A DNA stretch of 64,000 nucleotides from Oculina patagonica (lineage: Eukaryota). A program made the translations under genes and the position numbers. The stretch lies in assembly GCF_052425735.1 (NCBI RefSeq), contig NC_135762.1:27652001-27716000 (forward strand). Direction: 5' to 3'. Of the stretch, positions 34,881 through 48,600 are shown in pieces; positions within the stretch are counted from its first letter, which is position 1; each line of letters starts with the position of its first letter. Below the pieces are notes generated by a model. That model worked only from the letters and a program-made list of their open reading frames with translations, did no database searches and was not told the origin of the DNA.

Positions 34881-37756
34881 ATGGAACACCCAAATCCCTT
34901 TATACGAATTTAGTTTGAGGATTTTGCTGACCATTGGCCCAAACCGGTTTCCCAATACAATCTTATCACTGTCTTATGAACGTATGTTATACCAATCTAA
35001 TTATAAGGCAGGAGGGCAGTAACTTGTTACAGCCTATTTTAATACTGAATAGATGCATAAATGAGTTAAATTCCGACGGCTCTGAAACGGCGACATGAAG
35101 GAACTAAAATGGCGACGAACAATGAGACTGCTGCTGTGAAATTACGACAGCGACAAACATAAAAGCAAACTGGCGTTATTTTTTTCTAAATAAGACATGT
35201 TTGCTTGGTATCGTGTTATGCTCAAGAAAAAGCGAGTGAAATTAGACAAATCGGTGGGTTTATGTACTAAGAAGGTTGATTAAGAAAATTTGCGACCAAA
35301 TAGCAAATCAGGTTTTCTCACCCTATTACATGTACAGAACAATATTGCTTTTTTATTTATGAATAATATGTCACGCTTCAGCGTTCCCTGAAAGCGAGTT
35401 TGAATCATTAATAGTATATAAATGATCCAGTGATTTTAAATCGCAAAAACTTAAAACAAACCCAAAATTCAGTACCTTGAAACTAATCATTCTATTTGCT
35501 TGTTTTCCGGACAGTGTACAGCTTTTAAAAGTATTGTCATACATCACAATCCTTTAAAGGAACCAGTCGTTCTAGAAAGACGAATCGCCCCGGGAGTTCT
35601 TCAGTCCATTGATCAAACCAATAGGAAGGTAAACTGGGTGCTGAACAAAGGGTTTCGCACTTATTCATCAGTCTGTGTATTCAAATTTGGATGATCTGTT
35701 CTCAGTACATTAGGGTATCTCATAGACTAAACGTAAACACTCAACTTTCCCTTGTCACTTTCGTTCTTAATATGTGAAACTCAACTGAATAAAACTACCA
35801 ACAAAAATCAGCCTGTGTGGTATCCTGTTGGAAACGATATCATGTTTGCTGTTGCTCAGCTGAAGTCAGCTTAAAGTCATATTTCGTCATCACGAAACGG
35901 GCGGGATAATGACAGAGAACCAACCTCCTGGTCCAAAAATGTTTCGGTCTCCGCAATCGCTTGAGGCTTCAGTGATGTTGAGTTTGTCGGGCCTGGAAAA
36001 AGTTCACTGCCGCAGAAAAAAAGGTTGGATTTCACATCCATTTAAAAGGATCTTAGCTATGTTAACCCATTTTTACTTAATGCACACTCGATTTTAGCCA
36101 GTTTCCGGCAGAAGTTTATTAATTATAACCAAGTATACACAGGCAATATTTTTGCTTGCAACCCAAGGGATTTCTGAGGTGGTTAAGTGGCATCACTGCC
36201 GCGTGGCTGATTTAGTTTCATCACCTCAAAGTCGCGGGTTCGAATCTTCCTGGACAGGGCTTATTCTAAATGGTTTGGGGGTTGAATAACCTCTCCCCCG
36301 TGGAGATTCGACCCTACGGCTCCAGCAGGCTTGGGGCCGAGCAATTCCTCCCTAGAAATTCCGATTTTTTTTCCCCTTGTTTTTCTGATTTTTTTTCTGT
36401 ATTACTGTTCTGAGCTTTTTACGGACACCATCACTTTTCAAACGCTAGTGAATCACGAATAGGGTTAATATCAAGATATTCTAGTATTGTTTTGTCCGAC
36501 ATTGCTCGAGTATTTGCCGTGCCTTCTACAGCCCTCGTCAAAATTTTTGGCACGATATCCAAATTCATTCCTTTTCTCCCCACTCCCCTTTTCAATGTTG
36601 ATTTCCCCAATTAATTCGACAACTTTGAAATGGAGGAGGGGATGGTAAAAATGAGCTGTGGTACCAAAATTAGTTGAAATTAGCAAAGTGTCTCAACAGT
36701 TTTTTCATGATTGTAGCTTCAAGCACCTTATTATCATCATTCAGTCATCTTCGGAAAACAGGCCGTTACTTGAAATTAGTTCATGTCAATACAAACGAGC
36801 ATAGCTTTAGACCATGAGCAGTCACCCGTTTCGACCTTTTTATTTCGACAGACAGCTTGACCGACAGTACGGCCAAAATTAGATGACTGAGTATGCAAAT
36901 CGAAGTTCATGGCTGGCATGTTTCATCTTTACGGATCGCGGCAATACTGTACATGTGCTTTAAGCTTCAGTCTCCGGCGCCATAGAATAACTCAGGCAGC
37001 TTAGGGAAAGGAAGGTGCTGCTTTTTGATATATCACAGTGCACGGTAAGTGCTTACCTTGTGAAAAGAGTTTCAGTGGAGCTTAGAATTGAAGTTCTAAT
37101 ATCTTGGAACACAATTAACCATACTGTAAATTAGTATCCCTTCCTAAACATACAGTCATCTTTATCTTTACAGTAAACACGTAAGGAACCAACGTTTGCT
37201 GCAGTATCCTTTTCCTCTCTGTATTTGGAGAAAGCGATCACGGTGTAAAATACATGACTCACATGCATAATGGAACAGTTTTCCCGGGCGAGTTTTATTA
37301 CGTTCAATCGCATTAAAGACGCCATATGCACAATGCAATTTTCAGTGTCGATTCAGAAGCCCAATATAGTTCTGATAGTTTTGTTGTTTTGTTCGTTCTT
37401 ATTGTTTGTTTTATGCTTTTCGTCAATTCTATAAACGGCTCTCTTTGTTAACTTGTTAACGTGTATGTCTTTCATTATCAAAAAACTGATTGCGCCTGAA
37501 CTCGGATGTCGGAAATCGAAACTGAAACATAACCCCGCAGTATGGCTCATTTCCCTCGTTCCCAGAGCCTTCTCTGCCTGGTAGTATTAGTGTTCTTTTA
37601 CTTTTATTTCAGAGCTCAATATTGGAAACTCGGCGTTTTGAAATTTTTTGATACGAGCTGTCGTGGAGTGCAAAACGCCATACGGACAGCGTACCTATAA
37701 TCAAGCCTGGGAAGACTCCAAATTCAACCCCGGGTCCCCGACTTTGTGTGGTAGAC

Positions 37757-38169
37757 CCGCGGGGGGTATTCCCTATAATGGCCTATACTGGGAGGCTCCG
37801 CCCGAAAGGGGTACCTTTTTTAGCCTTCAGGTATATAAAAGGGTCAGGGATTTCACAAGTTTAGGTTTACGAAAGGGTATGGAAATCTGTCATTCAGACT
37901 TTAGAAAGGGCCTGTAATTTAAATATTTCGCATAGTTGCAATTTATGGCTGTATTTTTTTTATTAAGCGCTATATGAAAATGACAGCACAAAACGTTTGT
38001 TCTAAGTCTATGCCAGGTCTTTTAGGTATATAAAAGGGGCACCTTTTTTCAGTAAAACTTGTACGAAAGGGGTTCAATTTCTGTCAAAATGGTATAAAAG
38101 GGTAAGGGGTTAGAGCTCGGAGCGGCGCCCCCCCTATATAAAACATTTTTGGGTCCCCCCCCCCCCCGG
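37757..38169. mobile_element. MITE with CCC(G)GGGGG...CCCCCGG termini; similar element at ~53542-53890
   Basis: G-run/C-run inverted ends with AAAGGGT subterminal motifs. Confidence 0.45.
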
Positions 38170-38366
38170 TGGTAGACAATGTTGATCAAAATAAAACAAC
38201 AACATAACAATTACTCAGGTTCACACAGGCGGGTTCTTATCGTGATCGAACGATTTGGGTTTTTGTTAGATCAGGCAATAAATATATAAAAGAACGTGTT
38301 TTCTTAATACCTTCTGTAGCTGATGGGGGTAACTTTTTTCTTTTCTTGATTTCTAGAACGATCAAC

Positions 38367-39401
38367 ATGGGAACTTGTATGGGAAGGCCGAGAACGGTAA
38401 ACCGTGAAATTGTACTAATCAGAGATCAAGGGACTAGAGATGCACTATGGGAAGAATATTATTTTGAGCAGTGGGGAATGTTAGCTAGCAGACACCGCCA
38501 ATGTGTGATGCAGGCTTTTTGGAAAGAAGCAAGCGTTACTAGAATTGAGGAACTGTTGAACGGGGACTCGGTATATCGTGAGATGATTAGCACGGGCAGC
38601 CAAGCGGTGGCTAGTGAGGTAATGATGGCTGCATTTAACCGCCTTGTTGCACGAGAAGTTGTGAAAACTACCATTGGACGCACTGTGCGTGTTGGAGGGG
38701 AGGGGTGGGAGATGTCTGCTTTTGCTGAAACAACGACACTTACAGCCGTCCATGGAACAAACGCCGCGCGCGCTCTAACAGGGGTCGTCCTCGGACCAGC
38801 GATTTCCTCCATTGTAGGGGAACAAGTAGCTCGAATTGCCGGAGAGAAACTTGGAGTGAGCGATCCGCAAGCAAAGACTCTTCTTTATGCCGGTGGATCC
38901 GTTGCAGGCGGGGCTCTTGTTGGCGCTTTTGTCGGAGGCCGTATCGGGGCCGTAGCAGGGGCTGCAGTTGGTGCCTTAAGCTGGGGGCTCCGAGAGCTTA
39001 TGAGTGGTGCTCTAGATCGAAGGAGGCCCACTAAGGTGGTTCCAAGGGACAACTGGTGCTACTGTGAAATTGGATCATTGAGCGATGATGTGGCTCAGTT
39101 ATGCTTTGGTACCTACAGCTCCAGTGATACGGTTTACCGCGAAACTTACCAACACGAATTCAGAGGACAAAATTCAAATTGGGTCATGAGCGCGGGCCAG
39201 CCACAAGACGGCAGCTTTCAACTGTGTATGTGGTTGGGGAACGCCATGATCAAGCTTCTGAAAAATGTTTATTATCGAGATCGAATTCGTGTCATTAGGA
39301 AACGAAGAACCTATCACATAGTTCACTGTAGAGGCCAGTTTCACCCCGGAAGAGACTCTGGTACAACGGTAGTTTACAAAATCAAAATACGGCGACATTA
39401 G
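38367..39401 (+). CDS. Uncharacterised glycine-zipper membrane protein with MGxC N-terminus, 344 aa, intronless CDS
   Basis: Long GC-richer ORF in AT-rich DNA. Strong Kozak (AACATGG) preceded by a polypyrimidine/TAG acceptor. Glycine-zipper segment AGGSVAGGALVGAFVGGRIGAVAGAAVGALSWG. Confidence 0.75.
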   Translation: MGTCMGRPRTVNREIVLIRDQGTRDALWEEYYFEQWGMLASRHRQCVMQAFWKEASVTRIEELLNGDSVYREMISTGSQAVASEVMMAAFNRLVAREVVKTTIGRTVRVGGEGWEMSAFAETTTLTAVHGTNAARALTGVVLGPAISSIVGEQVARIAGEKLGVSDPQAKTLLYAGGSVAGGALVGAFVGGRIGAVAGAAVGALSWGLRELMSGALDRRRPTKVVPRDNWCYCEIGSLSDDVAQLCFGTYSSSDTVYRETYQHEFRGQNSNWVMSAGQPQDGSFQLCMWLGNAMIKLLKNVYYRDRIRVIRKRRTYHIVHCRGQFHPGRDSGTTVVYKIKIRRH

Positions 39402-40116
39402 AACAGTTATATTCAGTTGTCATTATTTGTGGTGCAGACATAGCTAGGACCACGCCAGCCTGTCGCGTTACTGGTGTCTGTCTTAGAGTTGCCCACCTAG
39501 CTTAGAATGTCCGTCTTAGAGAGGTATCCATTCTTACAGCAACACCAATGTGTCCGCCAGTCCGCCATCTTGGATCACCGTCTTTTAGACAGATTTTTTG
39601 CCAACCTCGTCCTGGAAACGAGGTTTCGCCATATCATCGACGGATGTTACCGTCCGTAAATACTTAACAATTATCTTGTGAAATCGCGCGGAATAATTAA
39701 CAATTATCCTGCGAAATCGCGCGGATTTTCGCCTGTTATTTAGCCGCGGGCCGTAGGCCGGGTTGTCTAAATTATTCGTTTTCCCGAGTTTTTGAGGGTT
39801 TTTTTTTTTTTTTTTTTTTATTTTTTTAATAAAACACATTTTTTTAATATAAAAAATTTTTTTTTTGGTTTTTTTTTTTTTCTTTTGGTTTTTTTTTTTT
39901 GGATATATATTTTTTTTTTTTTATTTTTGGGCGGGGGGGGGCTGTAATAACGCTTGATATTTAACAGCCGACAGGGGTGGCTAAAATTCATTTTGAGACA
40001 AATACAATAGTGTGAGATAGAAACCTCTGCGTGCGTTAAAAACCTTAAGGTATAGACGCTTCTCCCAGGGATGTACACTTCTAAAGCCGCGCTCTTCTCT
40101 GAGGGGCACATCTTAA

Positions 40117-40639
40117 AGGGAATGTGTCACGGCTGAGTTACCGTATTTACTCGAATAAGCGCCGCGGCGCTTTTATTTTTGCGCCCCAGGGGGGCTTTGG
40201 GGGGGGCTTTAAATCCAAAAAAATTTTTTTTAAAAAAAAAAATAAAAAAAGAAAAAAAAGGGGGGTTAAGTTTATTTTATATATTAAGCTTTGCCAAATA
40301 CTTGCTATGAAACTTAATGTTTGCAAAGAAATTACTTCTATGGATCTAAATGACAGAGCCAAAGCTTTATTGGCATGAAATGTGTCTTTCGGGCGTTATA
40401 ATTTAAAGTTACAAGCAAACAAGGATAACTTTGAAAACTGTTCAGCCCAACAATATTTCAAAAACGCATTTCACAATCCATTTTAATCTTCGTCGCTTTT
40501 GGTCATCCGTACCTTCTTTTGTATTTGCTGTGTTATTAAAATGTTCCTTCACTGTTTTAAGAGGTCATTTTTTTATTTCACGGAATTTGATTGTCAGTTC
40601 ACATGCCTAAATTTGGCTAAAATCCGTGACACAGTCCCT
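40117..40639. mobile_element. TTAA-flanked (Kolobok-like) MITE with a nested pogo-type fragment
   Basis: TTAA|AGGGAATGTGTCACGG...CCGTGACACAGTCCCT|TTAA; CCGTATTTACTCGAATAAGCGCC at 40141. Confidence 0.75.
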
Positions 40640-40643
40640 TTAA

Positions 40644-40964
40644 AGATGATTTCCAGTCCGTACTGCGCAATCTCCGCCTGCAATGTTTGTGAGTCTCACA
40701 AACAGAAGAATTCCGGGACAAAACTTACCTTTTTCTTCATTATTAACGCCAGATATCCTCGCAAAACAATAATAACGAGTAAAAGAAGCTCGACGGTATT
40801 TCAAACGGACGTTTTAGCTCATCGTGAATTCTTGAACGAAACGATCCGTAATGGCGAACTAAAAAACCTCATGTACGCTATCACCGAAGTGTAACGTTTC
40901 AGCGAATTCAAAACAAAAATGAAAACAAACCCTGAGTCTGCGCAGTACGGACTGGAAATCATCT
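40644..40964. mobile_element. TTAA-flanked MITE with perfect 26-bp TIR
   Basis: TTAA|AGATGATTTCCAGTCCGTACTGCGCA...TGCGCAGTACGGACTGGAAATCATCT|TTAA. Confidence 0.85.
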
Positions 40965-42870
40965 TTAACTGAGGTGCATACCTCTGTAAGGCTCGCATAT
41001 CTATCCTTTATAAAGATGAGTGCTTTTCTAAGGAAGATGCGCCTCTCTAACTCTCTAAGCTGGACCAAAATCAGACGAGATTGAGCAGGATAATTGTTTT
41101 ATAAATTAGCAAATTGTCCAAAAAAGTAATTTATAGCTACTTAAAATCTGTGATTATGCAGCGCTTTGCAAGATTTCGGATTAATCTTGCCAAAATATGA
41201 ATTTCGCAGGTCCGGTGGAGGAGGGGGGGGGGGGGGGGGGGGGGGGGGCGGTCGCGCGATATCTTTTATGTACGGATGGCTTTCTTACCATACCATATAT
41301 GGGGATCACGGTAATTCGTTGAACACTACTGAACAACTGAGTGATAACAACAGTAAATAAGAGAAGCTGAGTGGCAAATTCTTTTATCGCCAACTTGTGA
41401 ACCTTTTTCGTCATAATCATCACAAGTTTCGATAAATCAATAGTGCTCTCGAAAATATGTAAACGTAAATTTGTCATGGAAACTGAGGTTTCGCTTTTCA
41501 AGTTTTAATCATTTCCGGTGTTTCCCAAAGGAAAAGCAAACAATATACTGTTTGTTTCCCCTTTTGAATGACGTGTTGTAAGAATTATTACTGTAAATAG
41601 CTAGCTAAGTAAACTGAACACTTAAAATAAAAGTTATTTCTGACTTAACTGCTTCATTATAACCTTTTTTTAGTGCTGCGATTTAAGACGTTTAAGCGTT
41701 GGTATCGATCGAGTATCGAAAGTGACTGAAATAGGAACTTCGAATGAATTTCGACAAAAATGATCTACTTATAAAACACGCATAAGCTTGTTTCTGTTAT
41801 GATTTCTTGATGACTCTATATTGTCACTGGGCTGCTGATTTTGAGCGAAGTCAACAAGGTCTTGGCCATGTCTGATGTTTTTTTCTTCTACTTGCTGAAG
41901 AGAATTTTTCTCCGTTCGTTGCATGTCGGCGTTGTTATCGGTGAATTATGATGACTGGGAAAGTAGAGGTTTTCAACAGCTGGTTCAGAGTTTAGCATTG
42001 TTTCGCAAAAACGATCCACTGAGCGAACTAAATCTTGATCTAAATTTTGGGATCCGGGACAATCAACATGGATTTTGTAAATATAAACATATATATAGCT
42101 GAAATAAAAAATTACTCAATAAACAAATTATGGAAAGGAAAAATTACCAAGAAAAAAAAATGTTTATAGCACTAAGTTGCTCAGAAAAATCGTGCAGAAT
42201 TTTTTTGTGGATCCTTTATACTTGCGGCTTTTATAATTGGTCCAACCAAAATGCGGCAAAATCAAGAAATCGGACTTTCCGGTTGAATATTAGAGTACGG
42301 TTTTTCGATAGCCGCTGTTTAAATTAAATAACAGGTTTAATTGTGGCCATAGATGAATGATGAGCCTTGATCGCTTATTGCGAGTCAAATTTGAATTCGC
42401 GCACAGTAGCTGTTTTTTCGCGTCAGTTTTTTTTTTTTTTTTTCATTTCGGTATTAATTTTTGACTCAGCCTAGATTAAAGATTTCCGTAGACAGTACAC
42501 TTCATCATTTTGACGTCCACGAGTCGTCCGTTTGATTTTTTTTTTATCACAAATCAGCGAAGCACATAAACACTAAGCCAGCAAAGAGCATGTTTCAACG
42601 CACGTAAAAATTAATATGCATTTTTTTAAATTCAATATTCCAAAATAATTAGTGCTAAGTGACTTGCCGCGGGTATGTCGCAATTTTTTCCGCGCACAAC
42701 TAAAAATGCATGTTCCGGGATTGCTAAATTTCCAAGTCAGAGAACTTTTTTGGAATATAACTTCCGATCAAAATGAAGCCAATATATTTGGTTCGTGCCA
42801 TGACGTAGCAAAATGCGTGGAAAAATTGCGTGGAAATATCACAGCCAACCACAGGTGTGTCAATCTGTGA

Positions 42871-42949
42871 TCACGTGACTTCCTTCTTCACTGCGGCTTA
42901 TTCACGATCGGGCAAGATGGCGGAAGAACTGTTTCGCTGTTTATACTGA
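42871..42949 (+). promoter_or_regulatory. E-box/CLEAR-like TCACGTGAC, YY1-like CAAGATGGCGG and a 10-codon uORF upstream of the RNF gene
   Basis: TCACGTGAC at 42871-42879; ATGGCGGAAGAA...TACTGA at 42917-42949. Confidence 0.45.
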
Positions 42950-43038
42950 AAACCGTTCACAAGCGCTTGGAATCGACTTATCTTGTTATCGACGGCGAAT
43001 CTGAAAGGCTGCTTAAACTTTTGTGATACTTGAGAGCA

Positions 43039-45566
43039 ATGCTGTCGATTGCGAAACGGATTTTTGGGCGATTGAACATCATCGTAGTTTTATTATTGTT
43101 CGTTTGTGTCGGGAATTTTGTCAATTGCAGTTTCTACGATGAAAAACAATCCACTGAATATACAGAGGCTAAATTGAATATAACGTACTGCGATTCCTCT
43201 GGCAAGAAATGTTTTGTAAAACCTTATTCTGGCGATGGGAAGTTTGGTATGGATAGCCCTAAACACGGCTCAAGTGGCTGGCTGTATACCTTGGTCGAAA
43301 ACAACGTAAATGGCTGTAAGGAATTCAATGTAGAGGTGGATAAAACCCCATGGATTGCCCTCATCGAAAGAGGAGTGTGTAACTTCAAGGAAAAGATATC
43401 AAATGCCTACAAACACAACGCGACTGCCGTGATAATTTACGACCACAAAGATAACAAAGATGAAATTATCATGTCGCACACTAGCGCCGATGATATTGTA
43501 GCCGTGAGCATAACGAAAACTCTGGGAGAAGATCTAGCCCGCGCTCTTGTGAACAGAACCAAGGCTGTGTATGTAGAGATATCTGTTGGCGATAGCTATA
43601 CGAACAAATGGGTAAATCCGGCTTCTGTTCTGTTTGTTTCGGTTTCGTTCATAGTGCTAATGGTGATTTCGCTCGCCTGGCTGGTCTTCTATTACGTACA
43701 AAGGTTTCGGTATGTTCACGCACGGGATAAAACCGAGGTAAGAATCGGGCATTTAAAAACAGAAAACAGCATGTTTCTTTTAATAGTTTATGCTATATAA
43801 CAAAGCTAATGTATGTTCTCGAAGGTGGTGATGTTTTTATTTGTTTTGAAATTTACTGTTTCGCGCTCGCACGCAATTGGATTTCGAACCATTCACCGTG
43901 TAATGTATACTGAAATTGACATGTAACTTGCAAGTTTAATTTGCCTTAGTCATGTTTTGCTAACCGTTTTTGAGTGTCTTGTATTTTTCCTTTGTTGTAA
44001 TTAACGCGTTCGGAATTTTTAGTGGTCCGTCCGTCACTCTAATACTAATTACCTTGAGTTGAAATCAGACGGAAAAAACTCAAGTTGTTTTCATTGAAGC
44101 GCCTCGCAAATCGCAGTTTTTGTTGCAATTATTTATTTTTTGCATTTCAAGGCAAAACGAGGAATGATAAAAAGAGAGTTAGATTTTACTGCCTTCAAAA
44201 GTGCAAGGAAGACGCTAGTCAAGAGGATCTGTTGCAGACATCCGTTATCAACCCACTGTATTTTAATACTTTGTGTATGCATACAAATTTTGTCACTTTG
44301 TCGTACAATATTCTTATAAAATAAATAACAGGTATTTGCAGACTTTTGCAGTGTAAATAATGTATACAGTAAGATATCTTAAAAGACAGGTAAAATTAAT
44401 TTATTAATATTTCAAGAGGAACTGCATTTGTACATTGAGTAAATTTGTGTGTACTGGAATCCAGCTTTTAGCAATTTGGTCAATTTTGTACATTTCTGGA
44501 ATTTTTTATTTTAACAGAAACGTCTGACATCTGCTGCGAAGAAGGCTATAGCAAAACTCCCAACACGCACTGTCAGTAAAAAGGTATGTTTTAGTTGCCA
44601 AGAGATACAATATATGGTCAATTAGCTTATCTGTGGGAAAATCATGTTTGGGATATTGGCCATAACTAGTCCCTTTTGTCTTGGGTAGTTAAGGGCAATA
44701 AATATTGATAAAAATTGAGCATGAACTTGCATTCACTGGGTCTTGCATGAAGCTGGCATTATCATCAAAGCAGCTGTCTTTTGTAACTTCCCGTAATGTG
44801 GACAATGGCAACAACTTCTGTTTTTAGAATTTCATGAAGAGAAAATTGAAAATTATAGTAACAAGTACAGAGGTGATGTTTTTAAAAGTGTTCAGTTTAG
44901 GTGTGAAAATGGGTAAATTGTCAATGAAACACATTTTACTTCTAGAAAAACTGTCAGTGATTACGCAGCAATTTGCAAGAGTTCCAATGAATCTTGGTTA
45001 TCTAGGTAATTCTTGTACCAAAGTGGAGGTTGCTAGTGTTGGATATTTACCGGTACCAAGCTGCCGAGCGCCGAGGTGAATATCCACCACTAGCCACCTC
45101 CAGTTTGGTAAATAGTTGTTTTAGTATATAACAAAACAGTGAGATAATATATATAACCCAAAAAGGATTACTTTTAACTTGTTTATTCCTGGCAATGATT
45201 ACACTTTCCCCCCCAAGTTGCTCGGAGGTGAATAGCAAAGGGTATCCCATGTTTGAGTAACCAATCAGCACGCACCAACAATGGCATCTACTGTTTTAGT
45301 ATATACTTACACATGTTATGCTACTAGGTTTATAGGAACCAGTCACAATTAACGGATCATGAATTAATGCTTTCTGTCTATCTAATTGTTTAGACTGAAG
45401 ATGATGAAACAGACAGCTGTGCAGTTTGTTTAGATGGTTACAAAGCCGGAGATGTTGTCCGTATACTACCTTGCCAGTGAGTAAAACTCCTTATGTTTTT
45501 GCACATGTGCATACTCAGTGATACTGCACATGATAGTTAACTGCGCTGCGCAGTTTTTTCTCTCGC

Positions 45567-45602
<36 letters not shown>

Positions 45603-48600
45603 CCCCCCTCCCCGGGAGNNNNNNNNNNNNNNNNNNNNNNNNNNNNNNNNNNNNNNNNNNNNNNNNNNNNNNNNNNNNNNNNNNNNNNNNNNNNNNNNNN
45701 NNNNNNNNNNNNNNNNNNNNNNNNNNNNNNNNNNNNNNNNNNNNNNNNNNNNNNNNNNNNNNNNNNNNNNNNNAAGGAGTTTTCCATAATGTGAAAAATA
45801 GTCTAGGTCACTTTTATAACATGCTGAATCTGCTGGATGTGTTGCGAGAGCTGATAACTGTAAAATAATACAATTGTTTTAGTGTATTTTGTATTTATAT
45901 TGTTGTTACTTTTGGGTGATTTAGACCTTTAAACTTGATGAGGTACAGATTGGTTGGCAACTAAAGCAGCATACAGATTTTCTTGTTGCACACTTTATTT
46001 CCATCTTCAGGAGTGATAACTCTGAGGTTCAAGCCAAAATGGTTAATCTAATAACAAAATGACACTGAAAAAAGAATCAATGTAGTGCCCCAGGTTGTTT
46101 TTTGGTCAGTTAGAAATTTGTCATGGGTGTAGCTGCTAAAACTCTAAACACACCAAATCGGCCACAAAAGAAACCAAACAACACCCAAAATCAGCTGCAG
46201 AGGAAAAAAAAACAAATTCAGGTTCCAAGTGCGTGCCATTCTCTGTACTTTAATCACACTATCCTGAAGTCACTGCACGAGGGCACACAAATTGCTCGAT
46301 GAACTGGAAGTCACAACATGCACGGTTTCTAAAAGAAATACAGTCGAACCTCGATTATCCGGACTCGTTGGGACTAGGCTAAATAGTCCGGATAATCGAG
46401 GGTCCAGATAATCAAAAGTATGAATATTAATGAGCCAAGAAAAACGAGGGCATCTGACAGGCCGGATGTGGCGGTGCGGATCCATAAAGTTTGCTAACTT
46501 CCGTGCATCCTCTGCATCTTCGGAAATTTTTCCACATTTAACTGGAAAAAAAAGAAAAATTGCTCCATAATAGCAATAAATCAGCTGTTAACCATCCTCA
46601 CTAAACAAAAATTCCGAAAACATTGATCACTTTCAGGCAGTTTTTCTGTGAAAAAGGCGACGAAACCACGCCGATTCGTTCGCAAACAATTTGGAACATC
46701 CAGGCGTTTCTTGCGTCTTTTCGTGATGGGCCTGGTGACTAGACGTGGTGCCAACATGGACCGATCCAACTTTTTACGATGCTTTTCACTTCATAGAAGG
46801 ATTTAAACATTCTGAATTTTGCCATTTTGTAAACTTCAGTGTAATACAAGTAGGCAAAGACAGAAAGCAAATTTTTTTGTGTGAATGTTTTTATGGCTAG
46901 TGGAAACTGAATAAGGAAGTTGTCTGCCGAAGTATCAAATGTTTTTCAATTGGAAACTACACAATCAGAGTTTTCCAATGTTTTTTGACAGGTAAACCAC
47001 CTTGAGATAATGTTAAAATTGTTGTAGAACTTAGTTATATCTGGTCTTGAATGTGATTAATTAATATTCATGAAAAAATTGGGACCAGAGAAGGAAGTCG
47101 GATAATCGAGAAATCCGGATAATCGAGGTCCGGATAATCGAGGTTCGACTGTACAAAGATTGAAATAGACGCTGAACTATACTTGCCAAAAACACCAGTA
47201 TCAATGGGCTACAAATATGTACAGAAAATGCTTGAACCTCTTAAAACTGTGAACACGCTGAGAAGAAAATTTGCCTTTACAGCCCTAAACATGGCAGCCT
47301 TTTCATTACGTGTTTTCACACCACACTGCGCCAGCCTGGACACTAAACTCCTGCATGAAACAGCTGTATGTTACTAGAGCAAAACTTGAGCTTACAATGG
47401 ATAGCAACCAATCAGAGATTCTACATTGATCAGTAGTGCCATAGTAAACTTCATTATGATTGAAATTTTTATTCCCTTAACCAATATGCAGATAGACGGG
47501 AGTATCATGTAGCTCATGATGACATGTTCTTTTCCAGGCATGAGTTCCACAAGCTGTGCATTGACCCATGGTTGGTGGAGCATAGGACATGCCCCATGTG
47601 CAAGCTTAACATCTTAAAGGAACTGGGGGTGGTGAGTTCATAATTTCAGTTTTGCAGTCTTAAGGGTTTGAACCAAAGATTATTACTACCAAGACAGGGT
47701 TGTCATTAAGGGCCGGCTGCCAGCTAATTTCACCGCCCAAAAGAGAACTTAAATCCGATTGGATTTGATACTAGCCTAGAGAAAATTTAAGCATGACTGA
47801 ATGAAGTCATAAATTGAGGGCTCGTGCAAAATAGGGCGAAGTGATTTTGTTGCTTGGTTGATTTCCTGCCTGAAAAATACCCCCTTGGCTTTAGGCTAAT
47901 GAATGCGACTTTGTTGTACATGTACCTTGTTTTGTGTGAAGTTGATCTCTGCAATATTAATTTTAGAGAAAAAAGGTTTTTTTCACAAGTAATTGTCGTT
48001 CCAGTTGAAAATCACTTTAAAGCAATGTTACTACATTTACCTGTACATGGTTGGAGAAAATTTATAACATACCTGTTAAATGCCAGCATAGCACAACACT
48101 TGGCTGCTTGTCATCTTCTTGACTGTGCAGTTAAAGTTGCAACAGTAAAAAATTATGGCGTTTATTTCTTCCTCAGACCAGCGATGAGTGTCGCACTCAA
48201 GACGTGGAGGTTGGAACATCTGAGATTCCAGACGAAGACCATCACACTGCGGCTGATAACCCTGGTGTGGTTATGAATGAAATTGAACCTTCTGTGACAA
48301 ATGAAAGGAGACCAAGTAGTTCAGACACTTCAGGTATGCAGCCTTGGTTGGAAAAAATTAAAAATCGGCATCTGTCTGATTTAGTGGTGCTTTTTTAAGA
48401 GGTGGTGAACATTTTTGGTCCTTAGAAAATTGCTTTTGGCTGTTGTTGTGGCCACTGTGTTGTGTTCTTGGGCAAGGCACTTTACTCTGAGTCATAGTGC
48501 TTCTCTCCACCCAGGTGTATAAATGGGTACTAGCAAACCCTGGGATGGACTACAATCCATGCTACAATTCTTGGGACACTTACTGTTTTTCACACTTAAA

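Noticed and set aside
36165-36262. tRNA gene (GGTTCGAATC B-box)
   Set aside because: No cloverleaf can be formed; more likely a decayed SINE head. The SINE heads at 2911, 11640 and 51315 were rejected as tRNA genes for the same reason.
39795-40270. Poly-T/poly-A/poly-G stretches giving Lys/Phe-rich ORFs
   Set aside because: Homopolymer-degraded sequence, probably low-quality assembly.
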